Positions 1-12,258 of a stretch of DNA of 64,000 nt are shown piece after piece (the first letter of the stretch is position 1; each line of letters begins with the position of its first letter). The notes beneath the pieces were generated by a model. It was not told where the DNA came from. It saw only the letters and a program-made list of their open reading frames with translations, and ran no database searches. Position numbers and translations under genes: made by a program. Source of the DNA: Zancudomyces culisetae HAW-14-8 (lineage: Eukaryota > Fungi > Kickxellomycota). The DNA is taken from NCBI GenBank assembly GCA_052426225.1, contig JBNJNM010000011.1, positions 1,178,001 to 1,242,000 of the forward strand, given 5' to 3'.

Positions 1-3000
1 AATACGCCGCTTCCATGAATCTTTTCCACACCACCTAAACTTCGCGGTTTATCTTTCGTACATACTCTAACCTCAACGGGATATTTAATGGTGTTGGTTT
101 CTTTGTCACGAACACATACGCTATAGAATGGATGTGGCTCTATATCAAATGTCTGATTCCACCTTAAAGTACCTGTGTTTGTTCGCGCTCTTCGCGTATG
201 GCCTACAGTAATCTCACGAGGTTTATTGCGGCCATCTTTGTATTTCATTACTAGTCTTACATATGGTTGGCTACTTTCGGTATTTTCCATAAGAGAGTTC
301 TTGTTCGTTTTAAACGCATAAGCGTTTTCTGAAGTGCAAATCTTCACAGAATACATGTACCTGGCAGCTGATGTTCTTAGTGAGCCTAATGATTGTCTCG
401 CATCTCCTCCCAACGCCACTGCTACAGTAGGGAGCTTTAGCTGGGCTGATATAGAATTCATTTTCTCATATACCACGTATATGTTGTTTAATTTTATACA
501 CAGCTCTGAGATAAATCGTGAGTTGCTCTCCAGTGAGTATTGCTTACTAATATCAGTAGAATTGGTTTTTCCCAACAGTTTTGCCGCATTGAACAATCCA
601 CTACTCTCTTTAAAATGAGCAATGCCCATCGCTCCTGGTACTGTCGCTACTGCATTTGTGCCAGGCTTTTGTGTATCGTAAAATTGTTGTTCTATTGCCA
701 TAGAGTATTGTTCAAAATTTTGGCTAATAATTTTACAAAATCTGTTCAAAAACCGCCCATACGACAACATTGAAGGCCATTTGATCGCCTCGACAATTGG
801 CATTTGCTGTGCAAAACATGCAACTAGGTCTGTTACAGATGAAGAGTGTTTTGAAAATCCCAGTATATCCGTTTTTTTATCCATCAATAGTGCATTACTC
901 AACCATCCTGGTACCTCTTTCTCAAGCACACTTAGCCATCCATCTAACACATCGTCGAACCATTCATTCAGGGACTGCTCATAGATAACCTCATAGTCAT
1001 GATACTTGCACAAATATGTGAGGTGCATATAGGTGGAATGAGCGGTTAACATGGATGTTATATGTGTTTCGATAACATGGTCACGCCTTTTGAACACATT
1101 ATTCATTACATCTTCGTAGAAGGCTTGAACCACAATGGTTAAGAATATTCCAGCAATATCGTGGTTACAATACATGCTGTTTTTTGGAAAGGCCTCAATC
1201 AGTTTGTTGTAAGCTTTTATTATATTCTTGCTTATCTCCATGTATATCAAATAGGCAAATTCGAGGTTTTTTTCATCCTCCAAAACCTTTCTCTTCATTT
1301 CCAAGTAATTACGACCTGCAACTGGCTTCAGTATTTCCTCTATTTTGTCTCGGCTCGCTTCAATCCGTGATTTTTCGTCTTTTTGTGTACCAAAATTTGA
1401 AACTGGTGTAGCAACCCTCTCATACTCTACCTGCTCAATACACGTTAAAACTTTTCTGATGTTTTTTAAATCTTCATCGCTGGCGGCATCGATATCATCT
1501 AAGCATGCCTCTAGTAGACTTAATGCATGCATTTCAATAGTATCAACTGTATTCGACAAGTATATAACGTACGCTTTCTGCCAGTTGCTTTTTCCTACCT
1601 TCAAAATTGCTCTTTCCACCCCCTTGAATGCATCAAATAAGTAGCTTATAGGTAAAGTTCCGCTAATCCAGTATTCTTTTACAACATCCAATATACAGGT
1701 AGCTCTGAATCCATCACCAATTCTCCATACAAACGCACATTGCTTTAGTAACTTTTCAGCATTCTGTGAAATAGAAAGATTAGATCCCGTCTTGGAACTG
1801 GTATTGTTGTAAACATCTGCCAGAAAGGCCTTTTTATAAAGCAATTTATAACTCCCAAGTCGTTTGTCTGGTATAAGCCTGAATCTGGTTCTAAAAGTAA
1901 ACGGTGTTACCGACGCTCGGTTGGGATTTGTTGACTTTCCCTCAAATGCTACTGATTTTTGAGAAAATTTATTAAGTACAATGCTCAATGAAATTAGTTC
2001 ATAATGTCTCCATGTAAAGAAAGCCTCTTCAGATACAAACGAATCGTATGCTTCAACCATGTTCTCACCATTCTTTATCAGTTCAAAACACTTTAGTAAA
2101 TCCTCCCTAAGAACCTCATCGTTACAAAAAACCCTTATACTCTCCAGCATCTCTTTGTGTTTTTCATTGCTGACCTCAAATGCCACCCTAACCCATTCAG
2201 ACAAATTTCGCTTCCTAAACATTGGCCCAATAAGGCCAATATAATGTCTTATACCAGGTTCATCAGTTGCACTGGATTTGCTTCTTCTGTGGGCATCAAA
2301 CTTTATGTCATTAGTGCTTATTTCTGTATATCCTTTGTTTAAAACACCCATGATCCTCTCGTTCCCATTTTCAAGCAGATATTCCAGTTCTAATACTATA
2401 TCTTGCTGCGGAGTATTACTATTTTTAAGCCCGTTAGCAACATCCAAATAAAGCTCAATAGTCTTTACGAGCTGATGACCAACGACTTCCGCATACCTCC
2501 CCGCCAGTTCTTGTGCAGAAACGTTCTCACATACAACTTTTGTAGTTAGCGCCAGCAAGCTGTTTAGGTTACCGTATTTTATAAGATTATCTATATACCC
2601 TGGCTTATTTAAGCTTTTGTATATTCCCTGATAGCTTGATTTGGTTAGTATATGGTGCATCTTATTTCCCGATTCAACTTTTAACCTTTTTCTTAATGCC
2701 TCTAGAAACACTTTACTTAAGATTACTGTGCTTTCCACAATGTCTGTGTTTCCTTGTGCAACACCGCCATCTACTTCTGATTTATTCACAAGAATGCTTT
2801 TCGGATGTGTCACTGTAATGTCCTCGCTTAAAACGTATCGGTGAAACGATGTTCCGTTACTCGTTTGTGGTGTTTTCGGATAGAGAAGCTTGGTCTTCTC
2901 TTCATCAGGTTGTTTATACTTGGTACCAAGTGCATACCCCAAAAACCTACCAAACCTGGTATTTCTAGTCCTATACTCGTCTTTGGCCGCTGTTCGCTGG

Positions 3001-3641
3001 CCAAAACTTTTGGTGTCGTTATCTTTAAGATTTTCAGCACTGGTTTTGAATTCTTTGTCTCCTAGTTTCGATTCATCCTTCTCTAAAATTCTTAAATCCA
3101 CTTCATTAGCCGATCTTGTATAAAATCCTTTATGACCGGACGGGGTTTTGCGACTGAAATCATCAGGTACAGTATAATCATTATCCACTGCCGATCGAAA
3201 TTTTATGTCTTTGCTTTTACTTGACTCGTTTCCATTGTAAAATGCATCCTTTGGCCCTGCTATTATTTCAGAATCGTAGGTCAAAATCGGATTGTACTTT
3301 CCTTTTCTCTCCATCTGGTCACTGATACATGCTATCATCAACGCGTATCTACATGTATCTTCTTCATTAGCATCAAAATCAATACTTAAACTTGAGAGTT
3401 GGCTGCCCATCACATCAGATATTTCCTTTTCCCTTTCTGGATTCTCTTTGGTATTCTCCGTTGAGTTTTTGACATCACTATCATTATAAATCAGTGAGTT
3501 TAATCTGTCTGTGATCGTATTTACAACTGTCCGCGGATCAATAAAGGTATAAACAGTGCTCAATCGACTATTTGACTCGGTGTTAGTATCTTTTAATTCC
3601 TCGCGGCTACCCCGACCTGATAGAGGAATACTCATGTCCAT
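1..3641 (-). CDS. Munc13-homology (MHD1/MUN) + C2 domain protein, Git1/YOR296W-like; 3' end lies beyond the window
   Basis: Manual translation of most of the region from ATG 3641 (MDMSIPLSGRGSRE...) found no stop, and the frame is consistent to position 1 (~1213 codons). It is missing from the ORF track, as expected for an ORF with no stop in the window. Contains LLKQCAFVWRIG, an MHD1-like WLSNALLMD..HSSSVTDLVACF and a C2-like SQPYVRL..VGHTRR..LRWNQTFDI. Confidence 0.8.
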   Translation of the reverse strand, partial: MDMSIPLSGRGSREELKDTNTESNSRLSTVYTFIDPRTVVNTITDRLNSLIYNDSDVKNSTENTKENPEREKEISDVMGSQLSSLSIDFDANEEDTCRYALMIACISDQMERKGKYNPILTYDSEIIAGPKDAFYNGNESSKSKDIKFRSAVDNDYTVPDDFSRKTPSGHKGFYTRSANEVDLRILEKDESKLGDKEFKTSAENLKDNDTKSFGQRTAAKDEYRTRNTRFGRFLGYALGTKYKQPDEEKTKLLYPKTPQTSNGTSFHRYVLSEDITVTHPKSILVNKSEVDGGVAQGNTDIVESTVILSKVFLEALRKRLKVESGNKMHHILTKSSYQGIYKSLNKPGYIDNLIKYGNLNSLLALTTKVVCENVSAQELAGRYAEVVGHQLVKTIELYLDVANGLKNSNTPQQDIVLELEYLLENGNERIMGVLNKGYTEISTNDIKFDAHRRSKSSATDEPGIRHYIGLIGPMFRKRNLSEWVRVAFEVSNEKHKEMLESIRVFCNDEVLREDLLKCFELIKNGENMVEAYDSFVSEEAFFTWRHYELISLSIVLNKFSQKSVAFEGKSTNPNRASVTPFTFRTRFRLIPDKRLGSYKLLYKKAFLADVYNNTSSKTGSNLSISQNAEKLLKQCAFVWRIGDGFRATCILDVVKEYWISGTLPISYLFDAFKGVERAILKVGKSNWQKAYVIYLSNTVDTIEMHALSLLEACLDDIDAASDEDLKNIRKVLTCIEQVEYERVATPVSNFGTQKDEKSRIEASRDKIEEILKPVAGRNYLEMKRKVLEDEKNLEFAYLIYMEISKNIIKAYNKLIEAFPKNSMYCNHDIAGIFLTIVVQAFYEDVMNNVFKRRDHVIETHITSMLTAHSTYMHLTYLCKYHDYEVIYEQSLNEWFDDVLDGWLSVLEKEVPGWLSNALLMDKKTDILGFSKHSSSVTDLVACFAQQMPIVEAIKWPSMLSYGRFLNRFCKIISQNFEQYSMAIEQQFYDTQKPGTNAVATVPGAMGIAHFKESSGLFNAAKLLGKTNSTDISKQYSLESNSRFISELCIKLNNIYVVYEKMNSISAQLKLPTVAVALGGDARQSLGSLRTSAARYMYSVKICTSENAYAFKTNKNSLMENTESSQPYVRLVMKYKDGRNKPREITVGHTRRARTNTGTLRWNQTFDIEPHPFYSVCVRDKETNTIKYPVEVRVCTKDKPRSLGGVEKIHGSGV

Positions 3642-6600
3642 TTTATTTCTTAATGTATATTATGATCACTTTTTTTTATTGGCAAAATAATCCTATTCCT
3701 TGGTGCATCCGACATAAATGTGGTCCTTTATGTTATAACCAAAGACGATAAGCGTAATGAGCCTCTGCAGGTTACTTTTATATGCTGTAAATACACACGT
3801 ACCTTAATGTGTAATACGTATTAAGCTTGTCAATATTCGAGTGCACTTGTGTGATTTACACCAAAGCGCCGTTTATATTATCTTTACCTTCGCCTGTTGG
3901 AATTTAGCGTCCAAATAAAAAACAACTTTTCCTACACACAGGTATATACTCAGTAGTATATAGGTATGTAAAACCCATGTGGTGTTTTATTCAAAAAAAA
4001 AAAGGTGTAAAAGCCAAGCTTGATTTATTCTATTCCAAGCAATATTGAAATTTTTCTGTCATGAATGTTATACTTCAACTAGAATTCTATCAATCGCCCG
4101 TAGTTGATCTATTGATACCTTTCACAAACACAATATAATATAGATGGTCCCCTAGTCTGCAAAACCACTAAACCGAATACAAGAAATACGAAATCAACCT
4201 TGGATAATGCACGGTTTCAGAATGGCCCAACCCTTATCCCTTTTTTTGTATATTTACTATCGCTTCTTATATGAATATGAGATCTATACTATATATAGAT
4301 CGAATGCAATTGAAAACCTGATTCGGAAAGCACCAAATTCTACTTTGAATTTAATGATTTATGAATTTTTTGAGAGAATGAATGCCTAAGACTGAATATT
4401 TTATACCCATTTATTTCTGTTCGCATACCATTAAATCACTTTCTCTTTGTCATTAACCCAAGTAAAAAGAAAAAAAATGATTTTGCTGGATTCCCAGCCT
4501 CTTTTTCCTTCTTTCCTCCCCTCTTCCAAAAAAACTGGAACTTGGATTCGCTTTTTCCCTTACAATATTATGTTTATTTCCGTAATTTCTGCAACAGAGT
4601 TGAAATAACAAATGACCAAATTTACGCCAATTCTAATTTCACATTACTAAACCAGGTTTTTAGATTTATTTTCCCAATAAACGCTCCAACACAAGCTTGA
4701 GCTTTGTGTTTATTTTATCTTATCATTGAACGAGAACTTCAACATGAAGTATTATAGGGCGATAAACAAAGGCTCAAGGTGAACACATGTATGTTTGCCT
4801 CCCACACTTTGTATAAAAAAAAGATTCATTATAAGCAGGAGGTACGGATGTAAGTTCACGTTTGAAGTCATAAAGTCACAAGATCAGCGGTCAGTATACT
4901 AACAAAATTATAGATATCAATTGCAATAAAGCTGGAAAGAACTATGGTTATATGCTCTCAATATAATTTTTTTTAAAACACGAGTGCGTATTCAGAAAGA
5001 GCAGCTTTATTTGAAAACTTCAAATATACACCCATCTACCCATCTATCCATCTATTCATCTATCCATCACCACCCCCCTAATGCGGCTGTATTTCCTACA
5101 TTACTTTATAATTTTTTCCTATACTTATTTTCAAAAAAAAGGACGAGGCTTAATAGGCGGTATTATACATTCATGATTAATACCACAAAATTTGCTTTTT
5201 AGTAAGCGAGTCAACACATTGCCAATCTCGTATTGACTTTTCAGGTCAATACTGGTTCTATTACCTAATAGCGATTAAATTTACGTGTGCTATTTAATAT
5301 TGAATGTACACTGTTCCAGCTCTAGACCTTTAAATCTGTACTCATAAGTCGTTAATTTTTGAATCAATGTCGAGATATGGTTTTGAGTATAATTAATGCA
5401 GTTTGGTGCAATACAAAACCCAAAACAAAGGTGGAGAGGTTTGGTAAACCATTAACACTTGATATCGTAACTCATGAAATATTCTTTCCTTAGATCTTTC
5501 CATGCACTCTAGTAAAAAAAATACGGATACAGATAGAGATACAATTACAACTACAATTACAAACACCATAGTTCAGAAAAAAAATGTATATGGAATATTA
5601 TCTAGTTACTTGGTAGGCTGACATACGCCGTTACTTGACATTACACAAATTTAATATGCCTCAAACCCCGTTTTCGCTATCTCGAAATTAGTGGCCTATG
5701 GAAGACTCTCTGGTGTTTGAACTCAACCAGCCATTTTAACTTTTTTACTGCTGCTATAATTATTCAGTAAATATAGCAGTAAATTTACAAAGTTGATTGT
5801 GGATCCGGCTTAGAGTCACATTAAATATGAAGCAAAAATACATATTTTCTTGGTTTAAGAAGAACACGTCGTCATATGGCGGCATTGTGTATAAACAATC
5901 ACTAAAATAAATCAAGTGTATGTAAACAACAGGATGGTCGATAGCCCATACCTACTTCGTGTGGTCACAAATTTACTGTAAAGTCGCTTTTCCTGTATTC
6001 GTTCTAGACAAAATAAATAATAAGAATGGACATACGGATGATGATCATGAATATTTATGAGTCTAGAACGATGCAATCTGATGTGTAACACACCTTATTG
6101 CTTCACGTTGGTTATTCAGCAACGAAATATCCCATTTTCAGGACTAGCGTGATTACAATCATACTTTTGGGCCGAGTTTTTTAATACTCGTGGTTTGAAT
6201 CGAACTGACTTTATAATCAACCCCCCCCCCCCCCACCCTCCTGGCACTGACTGGTGCATTGCGTATAAATCAGCACACAAAACAAACATAAATGTATATC
6301 CTGGCAAAAATTAACTGAACTTTGCTGCTGGGCTTTTACTGTTTACCTTTGTGTAATTTGACTCTTAACCACTAGCAATAAACTTCACTTTGATGCGTAC
6401 AAAGTACAAGGCTCTTGCAGAAAAAGAGTAATAATTGGTTAGGAACATTAGTGAATGAAAAAGGCCATCTTATACCATTAATTTATTTTGTTTTTAGGGA
6501 AAAGGGTGAAATAGCCGGCTAATTGTAAATATAGTTTTATGAGTTATCCAAATGATATCTATTCTTTTTTAAATAAAAACAAAAAAGAATAGTTGCGAAT

Positions 6601-6683
6601 GGATTAGTAAAGGAGGTACAAAAGTCAAGGTGTGGGGCAGCAGTCGCTGAACTATATTTCAAAGAAATCATTCGGTAAACCCA

Positions 6684-7452
6684 CTAAAAGAAAACTTTGT
6701 ATACAAGCACTGAAACCAAGAGCACAGATGCAACGATCAAACCTTGGCCGCTATTTTGAAAAGCGAAAAAAAGTTAGATATGCCAAAAAAAACAATGTCA
6801 AGTGAAAGAATAAATACATGATGAGTTATAATATTGTATGCGACACAAATAATATACAGGTAATCACAGAAATAAACATACTAATTTTGCCCCATCTCTA
6901 CAGCAGTGTAGTTTTCGACCTTTCTTTTTGGTGGTGGTCCCTAAGTGAATAGAAGTATATCAACAATTGGTATGGTACTCATTTTTAAATAATGGAAAGT
7001 TAAAGCCAAACAGAAAAACAATTACCTCAAGATCACCAATGTAGTATTTCTCCATTATTTCCTTTGCGTACTCGCTATGTCCAATATCTCTGAAGTTGTC
7101 GGTGGCATCGGCACCAGCGACCTGAAAAATGGTCTCTTCACCCCCTGGATGCTAAGTGTGATGAGCGTATACATATGAGTTATATATATTTTTTTCAGTA
7201 AATGCATACTTTTATTTAGATTCGATCCAATTTGTGCTTTTTAGGGTCAATTACACAAAGAGAGAAAAATAATAGAAAATAGGGAAACGCGCGTATGCTT
7301 CTCCGTAAAGAAGACTAAAGAGACGTTAATACAAATAAAAAGCAACTTACATCTTCATAGAAACTTGTTACATCGTAGACTTTACTGTCAATGCAGATCC
7401 AAAGCTTGGATTTTGTGTTGTTCTTTTCAATATCTTCAGCTGTGTACTTCAT
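6684..7452 (-). CDS. CYB5: Cytochrome b5, tail-anchored; 4 exons (7351-7452, 7026-7151, 6882-6940, 6684-6750)
   Basis: Spliced translation MKYTAEDIEKNNTKSKLWICIDSKVYDVTSFYED|HPGGEETIFQVAGADATDNFRDIGHSEYAKEIMEKYYIGDLE|GPPPKRKVENYTAVEMGQN|YGQGLIVASVLLVSVLVYKVFF*. Heme-binding HPGG and GHS motifs, GT-AG introns in phase, C-terminal hydrophobic helix. Confidence 0.92.
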
Positions 7453-9180
7453 CTTTTTTTCTAAATTTTAGATATATATCAGTATGTTTTCTGGAACACT
7501 TTATCGGAATTATATTAAAATCAAAAATTAGTCCTATTTTCATTACATACCTCAATTGTAAATAAAGCGATTTCTATCTTCAAATTCACAAATTGAAGGG
7601 CATTTGATGCAGAATGAAAATTCGATTTTTATACCCTCCCCTCCCCCAAAAAAAGTGCCTGTGATATCATAGCACTTCTGATTTTATTCCATCGAAAATC
7701 CCAAGCACATCCGCAAATAGCTCTGTAAAACTGAAAAAAAATTTTTTTTTTGCTATTTTATTGCTGGGTGTACCACAACGCTCAAGTAAATGTATGAACC
7801 CACTTTGGATATGATGACTATATTTGGATGTTTGTTTCCAATTGTTTGTGATAAAAATCTGAATAATGGTTCGATAGTTTTCGATTTGTAAAGACACACT
7901 ATACACATTTACTATTGGCTACAAATAAGATGTATGTTGTTATATGATAAAGTCAGAACATTGATAAATAAGCTAACAGGCGAAATTTTGTTGAGCGCGT
8001 TTTGTCAAACATCAAGTTCAATAGTCAAGAGGAACTACATAAAGCAGTGAAGAATTTACTTTTTTTTTATGGCTAGTTCAGCGAAACTTTGCTGTGAGAA
8101 CAAGTTAGGGTATATGCAGCTACAATAAAAACGCAAAAAATGGCTCTAACAAGAACCCCTTGCCTTGGATACCATGAATATTTCACCACTTTAGCAGGTT
8201 CTCTTATTTGTGTTTGTAGAAAGTTTCACAAGACGTCAAAAGAGTCGGTATTTTTGTAACATACATATTAAACGTTGATTAAAAAGTGGCGAAAGATGAA
8301 ACTGTTTTATATTGCATATGCAACCACTACAGGATAAACACGCCAAATTCTAATGCAGTTAGATCGTAGCCATCACGTGTAAGTGTTCATTGCGATATTT
8401 AAATGAACCATTCTGTCACAAATCCGACTTTTTCTAAACCAGTATATTTAAGCATCCAATTTTTGGCTATATATGATATTTGAGTACAAGTGAACCAGAG
8501 TTTTATTTCAACAGTGTTGAGACAAATGAATTTTATTGTCAGTATTAGAATTAAAAATCCAACACCTCGTATAGGTACATCATAAAGTACCAAGGCGGCG
8601 TTCCTTGCTCTGTTGCGCTGTACATGGTGGTGTATCTATGTCATCCCTTTTCTGAAAAATACTAGTAAGAACAATACACGATCTGAATGATGTGGCGATC
8701 CAATGGCTATAATCACTTTCTTCAGTGAAAAAAAAACAGCAAGCATTAGAATTGAAACATATGTTATGGTTGGGTGTAAATTTTACAGGGATAGTCTTAA
8801 AAGTATGATCACAATCAGCACAGTCTATATATTTGTCGAGCGGAAATAGCTATGGCTGTACTACACCAGAGGTAAAAAAAAGGAAAGATAGAAGAAAACC
8901 AGCACCCACTAACCTACCCAACCAACTCAATCTACACAATTAGAAAAATAATCGGATACTGTTATATTTATTACAAATCTCTAGTTTGTAGTATTGATAT
9001 TCATAAGTATATATAGTTAAAGAATGGTGTAAACCAATAGCTAGATTCGCCGAGAAAAAAAAAGTCAAAATTTTGTATGTACTAAATATCTAACTATCTT
9101 AACCCTTTTTGTAGAAGGATAACAAGACGACACACCACAGCAAATGTTTACTATTCGAAAAAAAATACGTAAAAAAACAG

Positions 9181-10275
9181 TTATATAGTATCCCATTTCT
9201 TTCTACATTCGTAATCGATTCCACGGTGTTTCGAAGGATCGCAAACACATTTTCCAATCTTATCAGAATTCGCTGGGCAGAATCCCATGGCTGGGTGGTA
9301 GTAGCCAATATCACCAAAGTAGTGCACTTGTTCCTTTTTCAAGAATATAGCAGCTGCAATAGTGTGAACCGGCGCATCTCCCCATCTTTCGTAAAAGAAT
9401 CCCCCTTCACGATCTAAAAAGTCGAAGAAATCTTCGTACTTCTTTGATCGATAAAAGCTCAGATCTGCTATTTCAAAGTTGGTCCAAAAGTGACAACCAT
9501 TGTACTTTTTTCCATCCTCGCTGACATATTTAATAAAGTTCTCTGGTTCTATGTGTTGCGGGTACTTGTCCATAAACTTGAGCACTGAATCCCATAGTGT
9601 AGCCACTGTTGCCATGTACTCACCTGGTGCCATATTCCAACCATAAACTAACTTGTTTTCTTTCATGTATTCGAATGGATCGTAATCTATATCACAGAAA
9701 TACTCAACATCTGGCTCAATTCGCCAATAATATTCCAAACCGTCCAAAAGCGGATGCCTGTAGAAATATCCGGATTGGAATCGGCACATAAACCTGTAAC
9801 TTTCACTGCCAGCATGCATATAACTTGCGGTCTTGCGCACCTCGGCTGCTTTCTCCTTGTCAACATATGATGGGTAGTCCCATGCTTCGCCTTCAACTAA
9901 ACCAAAAGTAACATTTGCTTTTGTCATATCCTGAACACCTTTTTTGAACTCGTCAGTGAAAGGTTTATCGTTGAGGAATATGTATGGGTAGTTGTAATTT
10001 TTGTTGAAACGATCTTCTATTTGACGCATTGTTTTCCTCATGCCAAAGAGATCCGAGTTTCTGGTGAGCGAAACAAATGCTCCATTAACTCGTTTCTTAA
10101 CCGGTGCCTTGGGCTTGATATTGTTTACCTTCTGCCATAGATTCAGATTCTGAAGCTCTATATCCTCTACCGAATCTCGCAACAGCAGGTAATGCATACT
10201 CAACAAAATAGTCGAGCCCACAATAAACACCAATAGTGCGGATTTAATTCTTCGTGGAATCGTAGATCCTACCAT
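9181..10275 (-). CDS. KRE2/MNT1/KTR-family alpha-1,2-mannosyltransferase (GT15)
   Basis: Type II N-terminal TM; family motifs SYRFMCRFQSGYF, YYWRIEPDV, YNGCHFWTNFEI, GGFFYERWGDAPVH. Confidence 0.95.
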   Translation of the reverse strand: MVGSTIPRRIKSALLVFIVGSTILLSMHYLLLRDSVEDIELQNLNLWQKVNNIKPKAPVKKRVNGAFVSLTRNSDLFGMRKTMRQIEDRFNKNYNYPYIFLNDKPFTDEFKKGVQDMTKANVTFGLVEGEAWDYPSYVDKEKAAEVRKTASYMHAGSESYRFMCRFQSGYFYRHPLLDGLEYYWRIEPDVEYFCDIDYDPFEYMKENKLVYGWNMAPGEYMATVATLWDSVLKFMDKYPQHIEPENFIKYVSEDGKKYNGCHFWTNFEIADLSFYRSKKYEDFFDFLDREGGFFYERWGDAPVHTIAAAIFLKKEQVHYFGDIGYYHPAMGFCPANSDKIGKCVCDPSKHRGIDYECRKKWDTI

Positions 10276-12258
10276 GTTTCCATAAATTGCTAGAGTTCTT
10301 TTTTCCTTTTTTCCTTCTTTTCTTTTTCCTTTTATATAAAGACTATTTTTCGAAAAAAAATATTAATGTTCCGTTGCTTTATAAAAATGATAAAAAAAGA
10401 AAAAGCAAAAGTAGGCCAACTCATAATGTCGATGGTTTTACAGCCTAATTAATATTAAAAGACGGTCAAAAAAATATTCACAAAGAATAGGTATGTGGCA
10501 GTAAATTAATTAATTTTGCTTAAAATTCGATTGTTTTTTTATGTTTATTTGCTATTAGCATAAAAATGCGGGAATTTACTCAACGAGACTTATCAAACCC
10601 CAAAAATAAATCTAGCTAATCAAATGGATACAACATTGATTGAAAATGCTTACTCTGTAAAAAAGGCCAACGCAAATTTAGAATCATTTGCATCTATTGG
10701 GGGAGGGGGGAGAGAGAAAGCAAAACTTTTAAATCAATAAAGAATGTTCGTAGACCTATTTTAAAACGCACCAGTATCTATTTTTTGCCTGGTGTTATAT
10801 TTAGACCGCGCATTAAAAGATGGACAAACCGTAAAACAAGCATACATTGCCTTAGCACAGTCGCTACCCAACCAATCGGTGTCGTGAAAACCCTTTTTGA
10901 TTAGCTAGCTTGTACTGTCAAATATATACCACAATCAATTTTCACTGGTCACAACTACCATAATATCCTTTGTCGGGTGGTTATAGTGGTTAAGCGAAGC
11001 CCGAAATTTTGGGGGAGGCGGATCAAAGGTTAAAATATATTCTTGCAACTTACCTGACTCTCGGATGTATTACAACGTGTATGGTACTGCTAACATATCT
11101 GTCTCAAGGATGTGCGAGATGAGAAAAATACAGCGCTAGTCCTAATCATTTGTAAATGATAATATCAATATACATTTGTTTTTTAGGTTTGGGATTCTAT
11201 TAAATGCTTGTCCTATCAATCAAAAGACATCTACGTCCTCAGCAATAAGACCAAACCCAGATCAAAACATATATTTCTACGTCCACCTTCGTAATATGGG
11301 TTGATGCTTATATAAACATTGTTATACTAAACCAATTTTTTCTAAGAATAACAGAGTAAATAAAAGGCTATGCACCCATGTCCCTAGATAGGAGAGAAAA
11401 GGTCTATCATTTATAGCAATTTGAACCATTTCATACATTTTTAACGAAGTGGGGCTATTTTTCACTAATTGTTAATTTGCTTCATTACTTGTTTATTTCT
11501 AACCAAAAAAAATAGCATCAATGTGCTCCAATTATACTCGCAAAAAACCTTTATTTAAAAAAAATGTTCATAAATTTTTTTATAGAATGCTATAACCCAG
11601 TTTTATCTTCCCCTCACTAAACATAGTTTGACTCCCACCCCCCCCTTAAAATGTCAACAAATTTCAATTGTATTAAATCTATTCGCATTTTATAGAACCA
11701 ATCAAGTGATGCTAAATCAAAAAGTACGGATCAATCATAGGCTCAGCAGAAATAGGCCAGAGCGAAAAGCCATAAAGAAAACCAAGCCATTCACTCCAAA
11801 AATATCATACCACAAGTCTCTTAAATGCCTCAGGGCCATATATTTTGCTTATGTTTGTGTTTGGTACTATCGAAATGGATCATGTGCTGATAATGAGGAG
11901 GTGGTGCAAGAATTCTTGCTTTTCACATTCATTTTTACCAAAAATGACACAGAGTAGTTTTAAAGTTTTATGATAACCGAAAAAATTTTATTTTGCGTAA
12001 AACAGGAGTATAAACCATCCAATCGAGTGTATTTAGAGAGTCTAATCTCCAGCTTAAGACCGAGAAATGTTGCAGCAATTAGCCCAGAATCTTGATTTCA
12101 GATCCTATATAAAGCGATAAACTGCATTTATCACTATTTCTTTGCAATTTTAAGGTGTACCCAGGTTGTTAAAACTTTATATTTTAAAGTACTCAGATAC
12201 AACTATTACAATAAAATACTCACTAGCCTAGACAAGAAAAGAAATATTATTTCTAGAA

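Noticed and set aside
334-3489. Numerous short + strand ORFs
   Set aside because: Antisense shadows of the long minus-strand Munc13/C2 gene.
6038-6082. C/D-box-like ATGATGA...CTGA
   Set aside because: Only ~45 nt long, with no recognisable rRNA-complementary guide.
11048-11060. ACTTACCTG resembling the U1 snRNA 5' end
   Set aside because: No U1 stem-loops or Sm site follow; better explained as a minus-strand donor-like sequence or chance.
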